From: an uncultured Armatimonadia bacterium
GTDB taxonomy: Bacteria; Armatimonadota; Zipacnadia; CAVVLO01
Assembly (NCBI GenBank): GCA_963749155.1
Contig: CAVVLO010000001.1
Span: forward strand, 192,001 to 256,000
Reading direction: 5' to 3'
Length of the DNA: 64,000 bases
The notes under the pieces were generated by a model. The model was not told the DNA's origin. It saw only the letters and a list, made by a program, of their open reading frames with translations, and searched no databases. The translations under genes and the position numbers were made by a program. Of the stretch, positions 11,301-19,461 are shown in pieces (positions within the stretch are counted from its first letter, which is position 1; each line of letters begins with the position of its first letter).

Positions 11301-11862
11301 TGCCGATTTCGATGTCGTCCAGGTAGACCCCTTCGTAATAAACAGGGGTGGAATCGGAGGTGAAGTAGAAAATCAGTTCGAGCTTCTGCGGGGGCAGCTT
11401 GTGGGTGATATGCACCCAGCCATTGCTGACCCCCTGCTGGATAAGAAGAGTCTGGTAGATGCTCTGCCCCACAGGGCGATAGGCGACTTTGAGATAATCG
11501 CGCCCCTGGTCATAGGGCACATTCAGCCAGTACCAGTAACTCACCATCCCGCAGCCGGCGCCTGTAAAATCAAACTCTTTGCTGAAGCTGGCCATCTGAT
11601 AAGTCGAGTATCTGTCAGGCAGCGAATCACCAACCGCGGCGCAGTAAAGGCTGGTCTCACCCGACCAGGCGCGCGCCGAAGACAGGCCCCAGTAGTCATA
11701 ACCACTGCGCATGTTGATATCTTCGAGGTACCAGCCGGCAGGCAGGCCGGATTCGAAGTCGACGTGTTCAAGCAACTGGTCGGTTGAAGCAATCGCCGCA
11801 AAGACCAGCAAAACGGCGAGGATAGGCAGCATAAACCCCGCGCGCAAGGTGCCAGAAGCCAT
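8374..11862 (-). CDS. Large secreted/surface protein with an N-terminal jelly-roll-like domain and repeated Ig/cadherin-like domains
   Basis: Signal peptide; DFESG...GVYLDDIEI N-domain; repeated N.PP...D.DGD.L....LP.GA......W.P.....G......V.D.DG modules. Start position uncertain. Confidence 0.8.
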   Translation of the reverse strand: MASGTLRAGFMLPILAVLLVFAAIASTDQLLEHVDFESGLPAGWYLEDINMRSGYDYWGLSSARAWSGETSLYCAAVGDSLPDRYSTYQMASFSKEFDFTGAGCGMVSYWYWLNVPYDQGRDYLKVAYRPVGQSIYQTLLIQQGVSNGWVHITHKLPPQKLELIFYFTSDSTPVYYEGVYLDDIEIGTFDTFYVCYLADVLVTQVQDATNDGLAESCLVKVWLGSSDVGAHNCQVELYSPTTGQSWWQQQVIIAGGLGQTEFPLDRQLLALASDGLVELEMRLWDEAGARLWDTHQLILQAPVAFHRPLELVLLDPDGGARAGEQVFCWTGADSPSLNPSVSLQLSADGGSNWWTARSGLPISGCTTLDLALLPPEYQEGEVFARAVAQDLVASLASEPVSFIVDNSPPQVLGVTPAPSATGLLCKPLVSVHLFDPTGLDPATFGLAFESEPVAIEYTFEEQEAILRWTPETALPHGATFTVRAQAADLATPPNLLDYDWSFSTLAGNTPPTLLGPATFEVDAGQPVAFDLSASDADQDDLTLQITGLPEGATFENWQLSWATEEEDWGEYPLEFVVTDGAGGEARLTTLLTVERTGPPVVGSLTLTPSQPTTDTALIATAHEVQEGGGGAVTLQWQWYLKPAGEADFTLLGGQSSDTLASSFFARGDTLRCVCTPADSAQSGAPVEANVTVVNALPLAPSPRILPDNPNTYSNLYCSGASSDPDGDALTYMAQWYKSLDGGQTFQLVTGQTTKSLSKTLTTKHEVWRCELWASDGVAESPRASADTTILNSAPWLDGLADASIEAGAVLTLVPIGKDSDGDPLAFGLSPVPEGSSFSPTTGQLEWLPDESQVGQHQLTFTVTDNDGAQGSRVILVTVTSAAAPVLGLALAPTEPTRNDPVEAVVEVLDESKAEYDLNYSWFLKPASTGDWLPLASETEPTLDPGNYVRGDSIRCVCAAFDDLLEVARAEAEALVVNAPPTALSPVIYPTSPTTWSNLYCSAAATDADGDPVSYLVEWYKSTDGGATFQLVEGQTTKSLSKTLTTKHDLWRCVIQASDGLDLGPEGQADITILNTPPRLTDPADAMLEVGQLFELQLAVTDPDGDPVTCSVMPLPPGAQMTTGGVFRWTPTYSQIGVWNLNFEANDGDGGISTVSVVLEVVD
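8640..10340 (-). repeat. Intragenic duplication, two copies of an approximately 850-nt (about 283-aa) module; boundaries approximate
   Basis: SNLYCS...WYKS.DGG.TFQLV.GQTTKSLSKTLTTKH..WRC occurs twice (near 8710-8880 and 9560-9730). W.LKPA...RGD..RCVC also occurs twice. Confidence 0.8.
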
Positions 11863-11918
11863 AAGACCACCCCCGAAAAGTTCCGAGGGGGGAGTATGCA
11901 AGACTCGTGCCAGAGGAG

Positions 11919-12272
11919 TTATCTCTCGAGTATCAGCACGGCGCAGGCGTATTCCTCAGTGTGAGAAAGCGACACCTGGGCCGAAGCTGTGCTTGCGAGC
12001 TGGGCGGCTTTACCGTGGAAGCGGAGGCCTGGTTTGCCGACCTGACTGCGGGTCACTTCGATCTCGCGGAAGGGTACGGCACGCCCAAGCGCCTTTATTC
12101 CGGCCTCTTTGGCGGCGAACCTGGCGGCATAATGGAGCGCAGGACGCTTCTGTGATTCGCAATAAGCCTGCTCCGCCTCGGTATAAAGCTTGTCGCGGAA
12201 ACGCTCATGCTTTGCCAGCGCGCGTTCTATGCGCTCTACCGAAACCAGGTCGATCCCAAGGCCAACTACCAT
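11919..12272 (-). CDS. acpS: Holo-[acyl-carrier-protein] synthase
   Basis: GLGIDLV, ARFAAKEA.IKALG, GKP and VSLSHT motifs. Confidence 0.95.
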   Translation of the reverse strand: MVVGLGIDLVSVERIERALAKHERFRDKLYTEAEQAYCESQKRPALHYAARFAAKEAGIKALGRAVPFREIEVTRSQVGKPGLRFHGKAAQLASTASAQVSLSHTEEYACAVLILER

Positions 12273-12674
12273 CTAGCGCACCAGTTTTAGAGAAACGAGA
12301 TAGACATATACTTCACCCGAGTTAGCGATAACGGCCCCGGTTACCACCGCGAACAGGCTGGCTGCCACCAGCGCGAGCCGCAGCCAATAGAGAACGAGCA
12401 ATATGAATTCGGGAAATTCCATAGTCAGCATGCTGACTATGGCAAGCGCTACCAGGACGATAAAGGCCAGGGTCGCCGAGATCGAAAAGTTGAGCGCCTC
12501 GCGCGCATTGTCGTGAACAAAAGGCTTGTCCTTCGAGGTCAGGTAAAAAATTAAGGGTCCAATAAAAAACGTAAACACTGCCGAGGCATGGGCAACGGCA
12601 GCCAGAGTGCGTTCCTGCTGGGGAGGCAACTCGACCTCGGGCGGGGCGTATGGGTCGTCAGGACGTTTGTCCAT
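12273..12674 (-). CDS. DUF4870 (Tic20-like) membrane protein, paralog 3
   Basis: LAAVAH...IGPLIFYL...FVHDNAREALNF...GEVYVY; start taken at MDKRPDD after RBS AAGGGAG. Confidence 0.8.
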   Translation of the reverse strand: MDKRPDDPYAPPEVELPPQQERTLAAVAHASAVFTFFIGPLIFYLTSKDKPFVHDNAREALNFSISATLAFIVLVALAIVSMLTMEFPEFILLVLYWLRLALVAASLFAVVTGAVIANSGEVYVYLVSLKLVR

Positions 12675-12703
12675 TGTGAGGCTCCCTTTCGCAACTGGGC
12701 GGC

Positions 12704-13093
12704 TCAGTGCACAAACCTTATCGTCAGCGGATAGAAATAGAACTCTCCCCGGTTGGCTGCAGCCGCGCCAAGTATGCAGCACACGATATTCATAATCCAC
12801 AGAGCAATCAACAGGGGGATGCCTACCAGTACGAAAATAAGTATCCCGCAAAGGATACCCCAGATAAGCAGACTTAGCTGGAAGTTGAGCGATTCGCGCG
12901 CGTGAGCCTTCGCCCAGGGCTGGTCTTCATGCAGCATCAGATAGACAATTAGCGGCCCAATGAAACCGGGTATCCCCACCGCTATCCAGGCAAGCCCTGT
13001 CAGATGGGCGATCACCGCGATGCTGCGTTCATCCATATTGCCAAAAGCCGACCGCCCCGGCGGTGGAGGACCAGGGCCTGGTCCTTCGTTCAT
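12704..13093 (-). CDS. DUF4870 membrane protein, paralog 2
   Basis: IAHL...IGPLIVYL...HARESLNFQ...AANRGEFYFYPLTIRF. Confidence 0.85.
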   Translation of the reverse strand: MNEGPGPGPPPPGRSAFGNMDERSIAVIAHLTGLAWIAVGIPGFIGPLIVYLMLHEDQPWAKAHARESLNFQLSLLIWGILCGILIFVLVGIPLLIALWIMNIVCCILGAAAANRGEFYFYPLTIRFVH

Positions 13094-13119
13094 ATTCGTC
13101 TCCCGCTAGCTGGCTAGTG

Positions 13120-13569
13120 CTAGTTCTTGATAAGCCGCAGGCTGATGGGGTACTGATAAGCCTGCTCTTTGGAAGCAGCCATAGCTGCGATTATGCAGAA
13201 AGCCAGGTTGCCTACCGCCAGAGCCAGCCAGAGCAGCAGCCCAATTATAAAGCCGATTATCGGTATGAACATCAGCACAATGTACAGTATCATCATCGCG
13301 ATGCAGGCGATGCCGACGGTGATCTGGAAGTTGAGCGCCTCGCGGGCCTGGGAGCGAGCAAAGGGCTTGCCTTCGGACATCAGGTAGATGACCAGAGCGC
13401 CGATAAAGCTCGTCACTATGCCCAGCGCGTGAGCCAGGGCCGCCAGAGATTTTTCGTCCATCTGGCCTCCAGCAGGTGGCTGAGGCGGCTGGGGCGGCTG
13501 GTCACCCGGCGGGGGCGGAGGTGGAGGGGGTGGCGGCGGCGGGACATTGGCATCGGGGGGCTGTTCCAT
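13120..13569 (-). CDS. DUF4870 membrane protein, paralog 1, with poly-Pro N-terminus
   Basis: LAALAH...QAREALNFQ...YQYPISLRLIK; RBS AAGGAG. Confidence 0.85.
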   Translation of the reverse strand: MEQPPDANVPPPPPPPPPPPPGDQPPQPPQPPAGGQMDEKSLAALAHALGIVTSFIGALVIYLMSEGKPFARSQAREALNFQITVGIACIAMMILYIVLMFIPIIGFIIGLLLWLALAVGNLAFCIIAAMAASKEQAYQYPISLRLIKN

Positions 13570-13651
13570 ATGAGGTTCTCCTCCTTGGGATGCAACAAAG
13601 AACGGCTACCTGATTATTAGCCGGCCGGTGGAAAAATCCTGCTTCTCACCT

Positions 13652-14408
13652 CTAGCCTTCTTTATAGCCCTCCGCCTTGGGCAGTCCATCGAGATAACTG
13701 CAATCTTCACTTGAGGGCAGCACCCAGACAGGCACGCCGACTCCGACTTGCGGCCAGAGCCACTTGGCATTATTGGGATGCAGGCGGATGCAGCCATGCG
13801 AGGCAGGAGTGCCCAATCTGCGTATCTGGTCGCTGGCATGGATGGCCATACCTCGATGCACCCACAGACAGTAGTGCATCCAGACATCCCACAGCCGACT
13901 GAAGCTGCTGCGTGTCTTGGAATAGACCTTGAACTTGCCCTTGTAACTGGGATAGCCGGACATTCCAGTTGAACATTTGAATTTGGCCTTCAACTTGCCG
14001 CCTTCTACAAACCAAAGGCGCTGGGCCTTGATGCTCACAACGAGCAGGTTGGCGCGGGATAAGCGCCCACTGGCGACTGGTGAGTTCATGTTCTTTCCCG
14101 AAGAAATCGCGACCGATGGCCTTCGCCCAGAAGCGGTTCGCGCTAGTCTGGGGCATTACAAATTGCGCGCTGGTATGCCAGCCCCATAAATCAAGAGCCA
14201 AAGGCTTGGTGAACTCCTTGCCATCGGTGGAGCCCACCACCCGGATTAGATCGAGGGGGGTATTGGGCAGGTTCCAGTCCAAAGTGACCTGGGAACCTGC
14301 TGTAATTGTCTCAAGCAAGGCGGCAGAGCCAGGTGGGACGAACAGGACTAGTATGAAAAGAGCTACAAGGACGGCTGCGACCAGTGCTACACGAACCACA
14401 GCTTTCAC
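13652..14408 (-). CDS. Secreted L,D-transpeptidase, YkuD family (frameshift near 14052)
   Basis: Signal peptide in ORF 13770-14408; catalytic AIHAS...LGTPASHGCIRL in ORF 13652-14089; removing one C joins them as IPR/NLLVVSI. Confidence 0.85.
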
Positions 14409-14427
14409 CTGCCGACAGCAAAAAATA

Positions 14428-17400
14428 TCAAGGCACTCTGGTGATATTTACCACAAAATCATGGTCAGAGCGCCCACCGAGCTGGATTTGGCCTACTCCA
14501 GAGGAGTTCAAAGTTGTTTCTTCCCCCGAATCCAGGTCCAGCACCCACAGTTGGTATTCGGCAGCAGGCAGGTGAAGCTTTAGGGCAGGCTGGGCTTCTT
14601 CAAGACGCCTGAGCCAGCACTGGCCAGGCTCGGGGCCAACGTCATCAACGCCTGCAAAGTTGCGCAGATAGATCAGTGTCTGGCCAAAATCCGAGTCAGC
14701 CAGGTATTTAAGCTGATAGCCGGCGCCAGGCTCCAGTTTGGGCAGCAGGCCTTGCGGCGCCTCGAAGGACTCGGCATCCACGACTACTGCGCCAGCAGGC
14801 GCCTGCCCCGGTTCGGCAAGACGCCAGGCAAGCCCTGTTGTAAGGCAATACTCGGTCCACTGGTGAAGCGCTTTGCGCTCAGGTTCGCTGGCAGGCAGTT
14901 GCAGCCACAAGTCGGGCTGGGCAGGCTTGAGATTATCGAAATCCATCCGGGCAAGCGCCCTGGCGGCCTTGCCGTATTCGAGCAGAGGCTTCACGAAATA
15001 GTCGGGCCATTTGTAACTGCCGCAGGCGCCCGCAAGCAGGCTGAACCAAAGCTGGTCGCGCAGCCCGCGCACAGCGGCTTTGGACTCATCGCCAACCTTG
15101 GCGGCATCCCAGGAAAGGAAGGGCGCAAAACCTTCGCCCGTCATAAAGGCGCCACTGAAAAGACGGGCCTCTTCGGCGACCGTGGCTTGCACCAGGCCAA
15201 AGTCGAAGCCCAACTCGCCGTTCGTATACGGGTGATATTCAAAACAATCGATGCCGCTTGCCTCTCGCCATTTACCGGGCACAGGATGCCTGAAGAAGAT
15301 GGGATCGCCCACCACAGGCGTCTCGGGGTCGATTGACTTGATTAGAGCGGTCATCTCGGCGACCCAGCCCAGGTCATAATTTACCTGTTCGTTTTCCAGT
15401 TCGTACCGGATGATGCCCTCGGTGGCCGCCAGCACGGGCAGCAGTTGCTCCAGATAATCCCTCTGGCACCTACGCGCGTCGGGGTCGGTGTATTTTGGGT
15501 CGGCAGCAGGGCCATCGGTCGCCTTTTCGCCCACAAGACGCTTCTCGATGAGAAAACGCTTGCGGTAATCTGGCATTGCAGCTAGCTCAGCCTCGCTGAA
15601 ACGCGGCAGCACGAGGTGTTCAAGCACCGCCAGATTTACATAAGGCGGTTTGGTGTAATCCTCAAACAGCACGACGGTGGTCGTCAGGCCAAACTGCCGC
15701 GCAAGTTCTACATATTCGAGCACCGCCGCAAGCTGGACGGGGTCAGGTTCGCCGCAGAGGTCCATATTGCGCAGCATCAGACCGGAGCGAAGTGCAGCCC
15801 GACTCGCGCAGCAGGCCAAACCAGTCCGAAAGCAACTGGCGCAGCTCCGGAGTAAAAGGCACCTGCTGGCTAAAAGGGATATCGTTGCAGGGGAAGAGAT
15901 CAAGCTGAGACTTGAAACGCTCCTCCGATTCCAGTCCCTGGGCTGGCCAGTTGGCATACAACCCACCCAGGGGGAAGTAAAGCTCTCCCGTGTCGCGCCA
16001 GGCCAGATAACCAGTCGGCAACACTTCAAGATTGGTTTTGCGATAGGGGATCCAGACCTTCCGAGCCGGCTCGCTTGCTAGGCCTGTTGAGGAACAAAGG
16101 GCGACTGTGCGACTGCCACTCCAGCGGTTTGCCAGTAAAGGTAAATCGGCCTCTGCCAGCGCCTTCGGTGTTGGTTATCTTCTCCGCCTGCTTGAGTGCC
16201 AGGCCGGAGGAAAGCTGCCACTCAAGCTCAACGTCGGATTGTTCTATACGGTTGCCATATTGATCTACCAATTGGGCGTTGACTGAGAATTCGGCTTGAT
16301 TAAGAGGCATCCCGAGTCGGTCCGGTGATGAGGCAAGCTCGAAATGATCAGGAGCCGCTGGCAAAATTGTGAGCGAGGCCTCGGTGGATTTGCCTGTGGG
16401 GCGGCCTGCGAGAGTAGCAGGACTTGCAATAAGCTGGGTCTGGCCGGCCTTCGTTGGCGCGGCGAGGTCGATTTCCAGCCTGCCTTCGGCATCGGCGCCA
16501 AGAAGGACCTGCTCTGCTCCTGCCGAGCCAAGTCGGAGGAAGGCGCCCCCGGCGGGCTTGCCAGCGGTGTCCCAAGCCTGCAGTTGGACCCTCAGACTAG
16601 CGCCGGCGGTTGCCTGCTCGGGCGCCGAAAGGGTCACCGAAGCGGCCTCGTTAAAGGAAACGAGCGTCTGCCGCTCCAGCAGTGGGCCAATCCAGACCTG
16701 TGCCGAGTCGCGCAGTAACTGGACATAATCAATTTCAACCTCGGCCTGCGCAAGCTCGTTGGTTGGGTCAAGACGAAAAGCGGCCATCTCGCGGCCATCC
16801 CAGAGGTCTGGAAAGGCCTTCGCCAGGTCAAATTCAAAGGTCTGCCAGTCAGGCCCAGTGACTGTGAACTCGCTGGACCGGTAGTTGCCTTTGGTGTCGG
16901 TGACATAGAGAGTCCACCTGGCGGTGGGCACATCCTGCCTGATACGCAGCCGCGCTATGTGGTAGAGCGAAGAGTCGATATGTTCTTGCACAGAAGGGTT
17001 GCTGCCCCACATAACTCCCCAGAGGAAGAACGGATCGATGCCCCCAATATGGCAGCGTAACACGCCCTCCGAGGCTTCGAATTCCAGATAACCTGGCTTG
17101 TCTCCCCAGCCGTCAATCCCTTCGGTATCGGCTTCTTCGAAGTCCCAGGCATCGCCCAGCACTTCGGCTGCATAATCGGGCAAGCCAAGCGTCGCTGGGG
17201 GAACAACCTGCTCGGTGGATTCGCGCACTGCCGCAAGCAGGAAGAGCCCGCCACTTGCGCCGGCGGCAAAAGCGACCTGGTCGGCGGTGCGAAAAACCGG
17301 CACAGGGCTTCCTGACAGGGTGAAGACGTCATAACGCGCTCCGTCTGGCAGAGGGGGCAGCTTTTCGAGGGAAAGCAGCGCCAGGTTGACAGAGTCCGGA

Positions 17401-17546
17401 GCAAGGCTTGCTTCAACCTCGACTGGCACCACAAAGGCTGCAGCGGGAGTGGGCCACTGGGGCGCTGCAGAGCCGCAAGGCATAAGGAAGGACAGCAGCA
17501 AGGCCAGCAAAATCGAAATAAGGAGTGGGCGCACAAGACCTCTCAC
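14428..17546 (-). CDS. Secreted multidomain protein of about 1040 aa: CBM-like, Ig-like and clan GH-A (GH5-like) domains (two frameshifts, near 16110 and 15782)
   Basis: Signal peptide; WDFE...FRLDP...EIDYV jelly-roll; DQYGN Ig-like segment; YELENE, YHPY and FMTGEG match GH-A acid/base and nucleophile positions. Three overlapping ORFs join by single-base removal; the 16110 site is approximate. Confidence 0.65.
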
Positions 17547-17578
17547 CTCTGGGCGCGGCTAGCGCCGCGAGGTTAGCT

Positions 17579-19408
17579 TCAACCCCAGGGGCTTGCTACC
17601 TGCCTCTGGTGACTGGCCTCATCGGCCCAAAGCGCAAGGGAGAGAGCCCCGAAGAGGAACCTGAAGTTCTGCACGCCGATTTGCTTATCGCTGGCCTTGA
17701 GCGCCAGCAGTCGGTTGATTCGGGCAGGAGGTAAAACATCAGCGAGCAGGCCGTTTTTCTGACCGAGGTGGTCGTGAACCAACCGGCGCATTGCAGGTTC
17801 AGCAAGCCAGTCGTCCAGGCTCCAGGTAAGCGACTGCTTGGAGGCCTTGTAATCGGGGAGGCACGATCGAACAAATCTCTGAAGGGGATATTTGTATTCG
17901 CCCTTAAGCTGGGTCAGGCAGTAAGGCACGCGCATTATGGCCCGTGCCACTGGCAGCGACATAAAGGGAGCAATCAGGCGCAGGCCCTGAGGCTCTGCCA
18001 GGAGCGAAGTGCGCGCATTGTAGACGGCCCCCATCCGGTTGAAAAGTAAAGCCAGGCGCATCAGCGAGCGATAACTGTCCTTCCTGTCGCATACTGCGCG
18101 GGTGTGGTGGCGCAATATCTCCTGCACTTCAAACAGCTGGCTCGGTGAGAAGGCCATATAGTCAGCAAGAGGGCCAATGCGCCATCTGGAAAGCCAGAAA
18201 GCGCTGCCGCGCATATTCAGGAACGGTGCAAGAGCATAGGTCGCGGCGGGAAGACCAAAGGTATGCGAGAGCAACGAGTTGGCAGCCCTGATTGGCGCGC
18301 TGGGCCAGCGGTGAACAAGCCAGGCCAGGCGATCTCTGAACTCACGGCGCATCGACCGCTCGCTGAACAAGGCGCCAGCGCCTGTGCCATCAATCAGGTA
18401 GGAACCTGAGGGCAATTCTTCTCTGCAGGCCTCGATTAAAGGCAAGGTATAAGGCAGTGCGCCGTCACAACAAGGCTGATCGGTCAGCCGCAAGGCCTGC
18501 TCGATGAGTTGCGGCAGGCCAGAGGTTGGGGTCATCACCACCTGGTGGGGCAGCCCGAGCTGGGAGGCCAGAGCGGCAGTGGTGGCAACAACTGAGTCCT
18601 CAGCCGATTTGCCGAGAGTATAGGCAGTCCTCGGCTGGCCGGCCCTGGAGAGAGCCACTGCAAGCGCTGTAGAATCTAGTCCTCCACTGAACATCAGCGC
18701 CGAAGGAAGCGAGCCACAAACAGCGCAGGCTTGTTCTAACTGCTCTCCGACTTCATCCACGCGGCGGTAAGCTTCGGTGGCGGTAAACTTGTCCTGGTTC
18801 TCGGTAAGGTTAAAATGATCAGACACTGACAGCTTGCGCGCTCCAGAGGGCCAGGCAATCCTGAGGACTTCTGCCCGGGGCACGCTCTCTACTCCAGAAA
18901 GCAGGCTAAGACCACCTGGCAAGAAGGAATAATTGAGAAAGGCTGCAAGCCCAATTTGGTCGAAATCCAGCGGCCTGACTTTGAGCATATGACGCAGTTC
19001 AGTGGAAAAGAAGATGCCCTCCGCCACCTGGCAGACAAAGAGTCTTGAATGGCCAAGACGCTCACCGGCAAGCTCGAGGGTGACGCCAGAGGGGCCGAAG
19101 CTTATTCTGCAAAGGGCAGTATTGCCGGCCAGTCTGCGCGACAAAGCCTCCCCATCAAGTGCGGCAAGGAGGGGAAGTTTCGCTTCTGAAAGTAAAGCAA
19201 GCTGGCCGCCCTCTTCAACCAGCGGGTCGCCTGAAAGGGCAAGGGCAAGGCCTTGCTCGGCCTCAGCCCAGGCAAAAGCGCTTCCCCCGACGGCTAGCCA
19301 GAAATGGCCTTCCGGGGCGTCCAGCCAGATTTCATCTTTCAGGCCAGACTCTCGGAGCGCCGCTTCGAGTGCAGGTTGTTCGCAGGTTGCCAGATATCCA
19401 CAAAGCAT
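17579..19408 (-). CDS. Asparagine synthetase B-like protein (degenerate), paralog 2
   Basis: Ntn-like N-domain (FFSTELR); PP-loop LMFSGGLDS; DQPCCDGA; APF; KYPL. Confidence 0.75.
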   Translation of the reverse strand: MLCGYLATCEQPALEAALRESGLKDEIWLDAPEGHFWLAVGGSAFAWAEAEQGLALALSGDPLVEEGGQLALLSEAKLPLLAALDGEALSRRLAGNTALCRISFGPSGVTLELAGERLGHSRLFVCQVAEGIFFSTELRHMLKVRPLDFDQIGLAAFLNYSFLPGGLSLLSGVESVPRAEVLRIAWPSGARKLSVSDHFNLTENQDKFTATEAYRRVDEVGEQLEQACAVCGSLPSALMFSGGLDSTALAVALSRAGQPRTAYTLGKSAEDSVVATTAALASQLGLPHQVVMTPTSGLPQLIEQALRLTDQPCCDGALPYTLPLIEACREELPSGSYLIDGTGAGALFSERSMRREFRDRLAWLVHRWPSAPIRAANSLLSHTFGLPAATYALAPFLNMRGSAFWLSRWRIGPLADYMAFSPSQLFEVQEILRHHTRAVCDRKDSYRSLMRLALLFNRMGAVYNARTSLLAEPQGLRLIAPFMSLPVARAIMRVPYCLTQLKGEYKYPLQRFVRSCLPDYKASKQSLTWSLDDWLAEPAMRRLVHDHLGQKNGLLADVLPPARINRLLALKASDKQIGVQNFRFLFGALSLALWADEASHQRQVASPWG

Positions 19409-19461
19409 CTGTAAACAGGGCCAGTTGCGCGCCTCTTTCCCTCTGTAACGTCTGAGATAAC

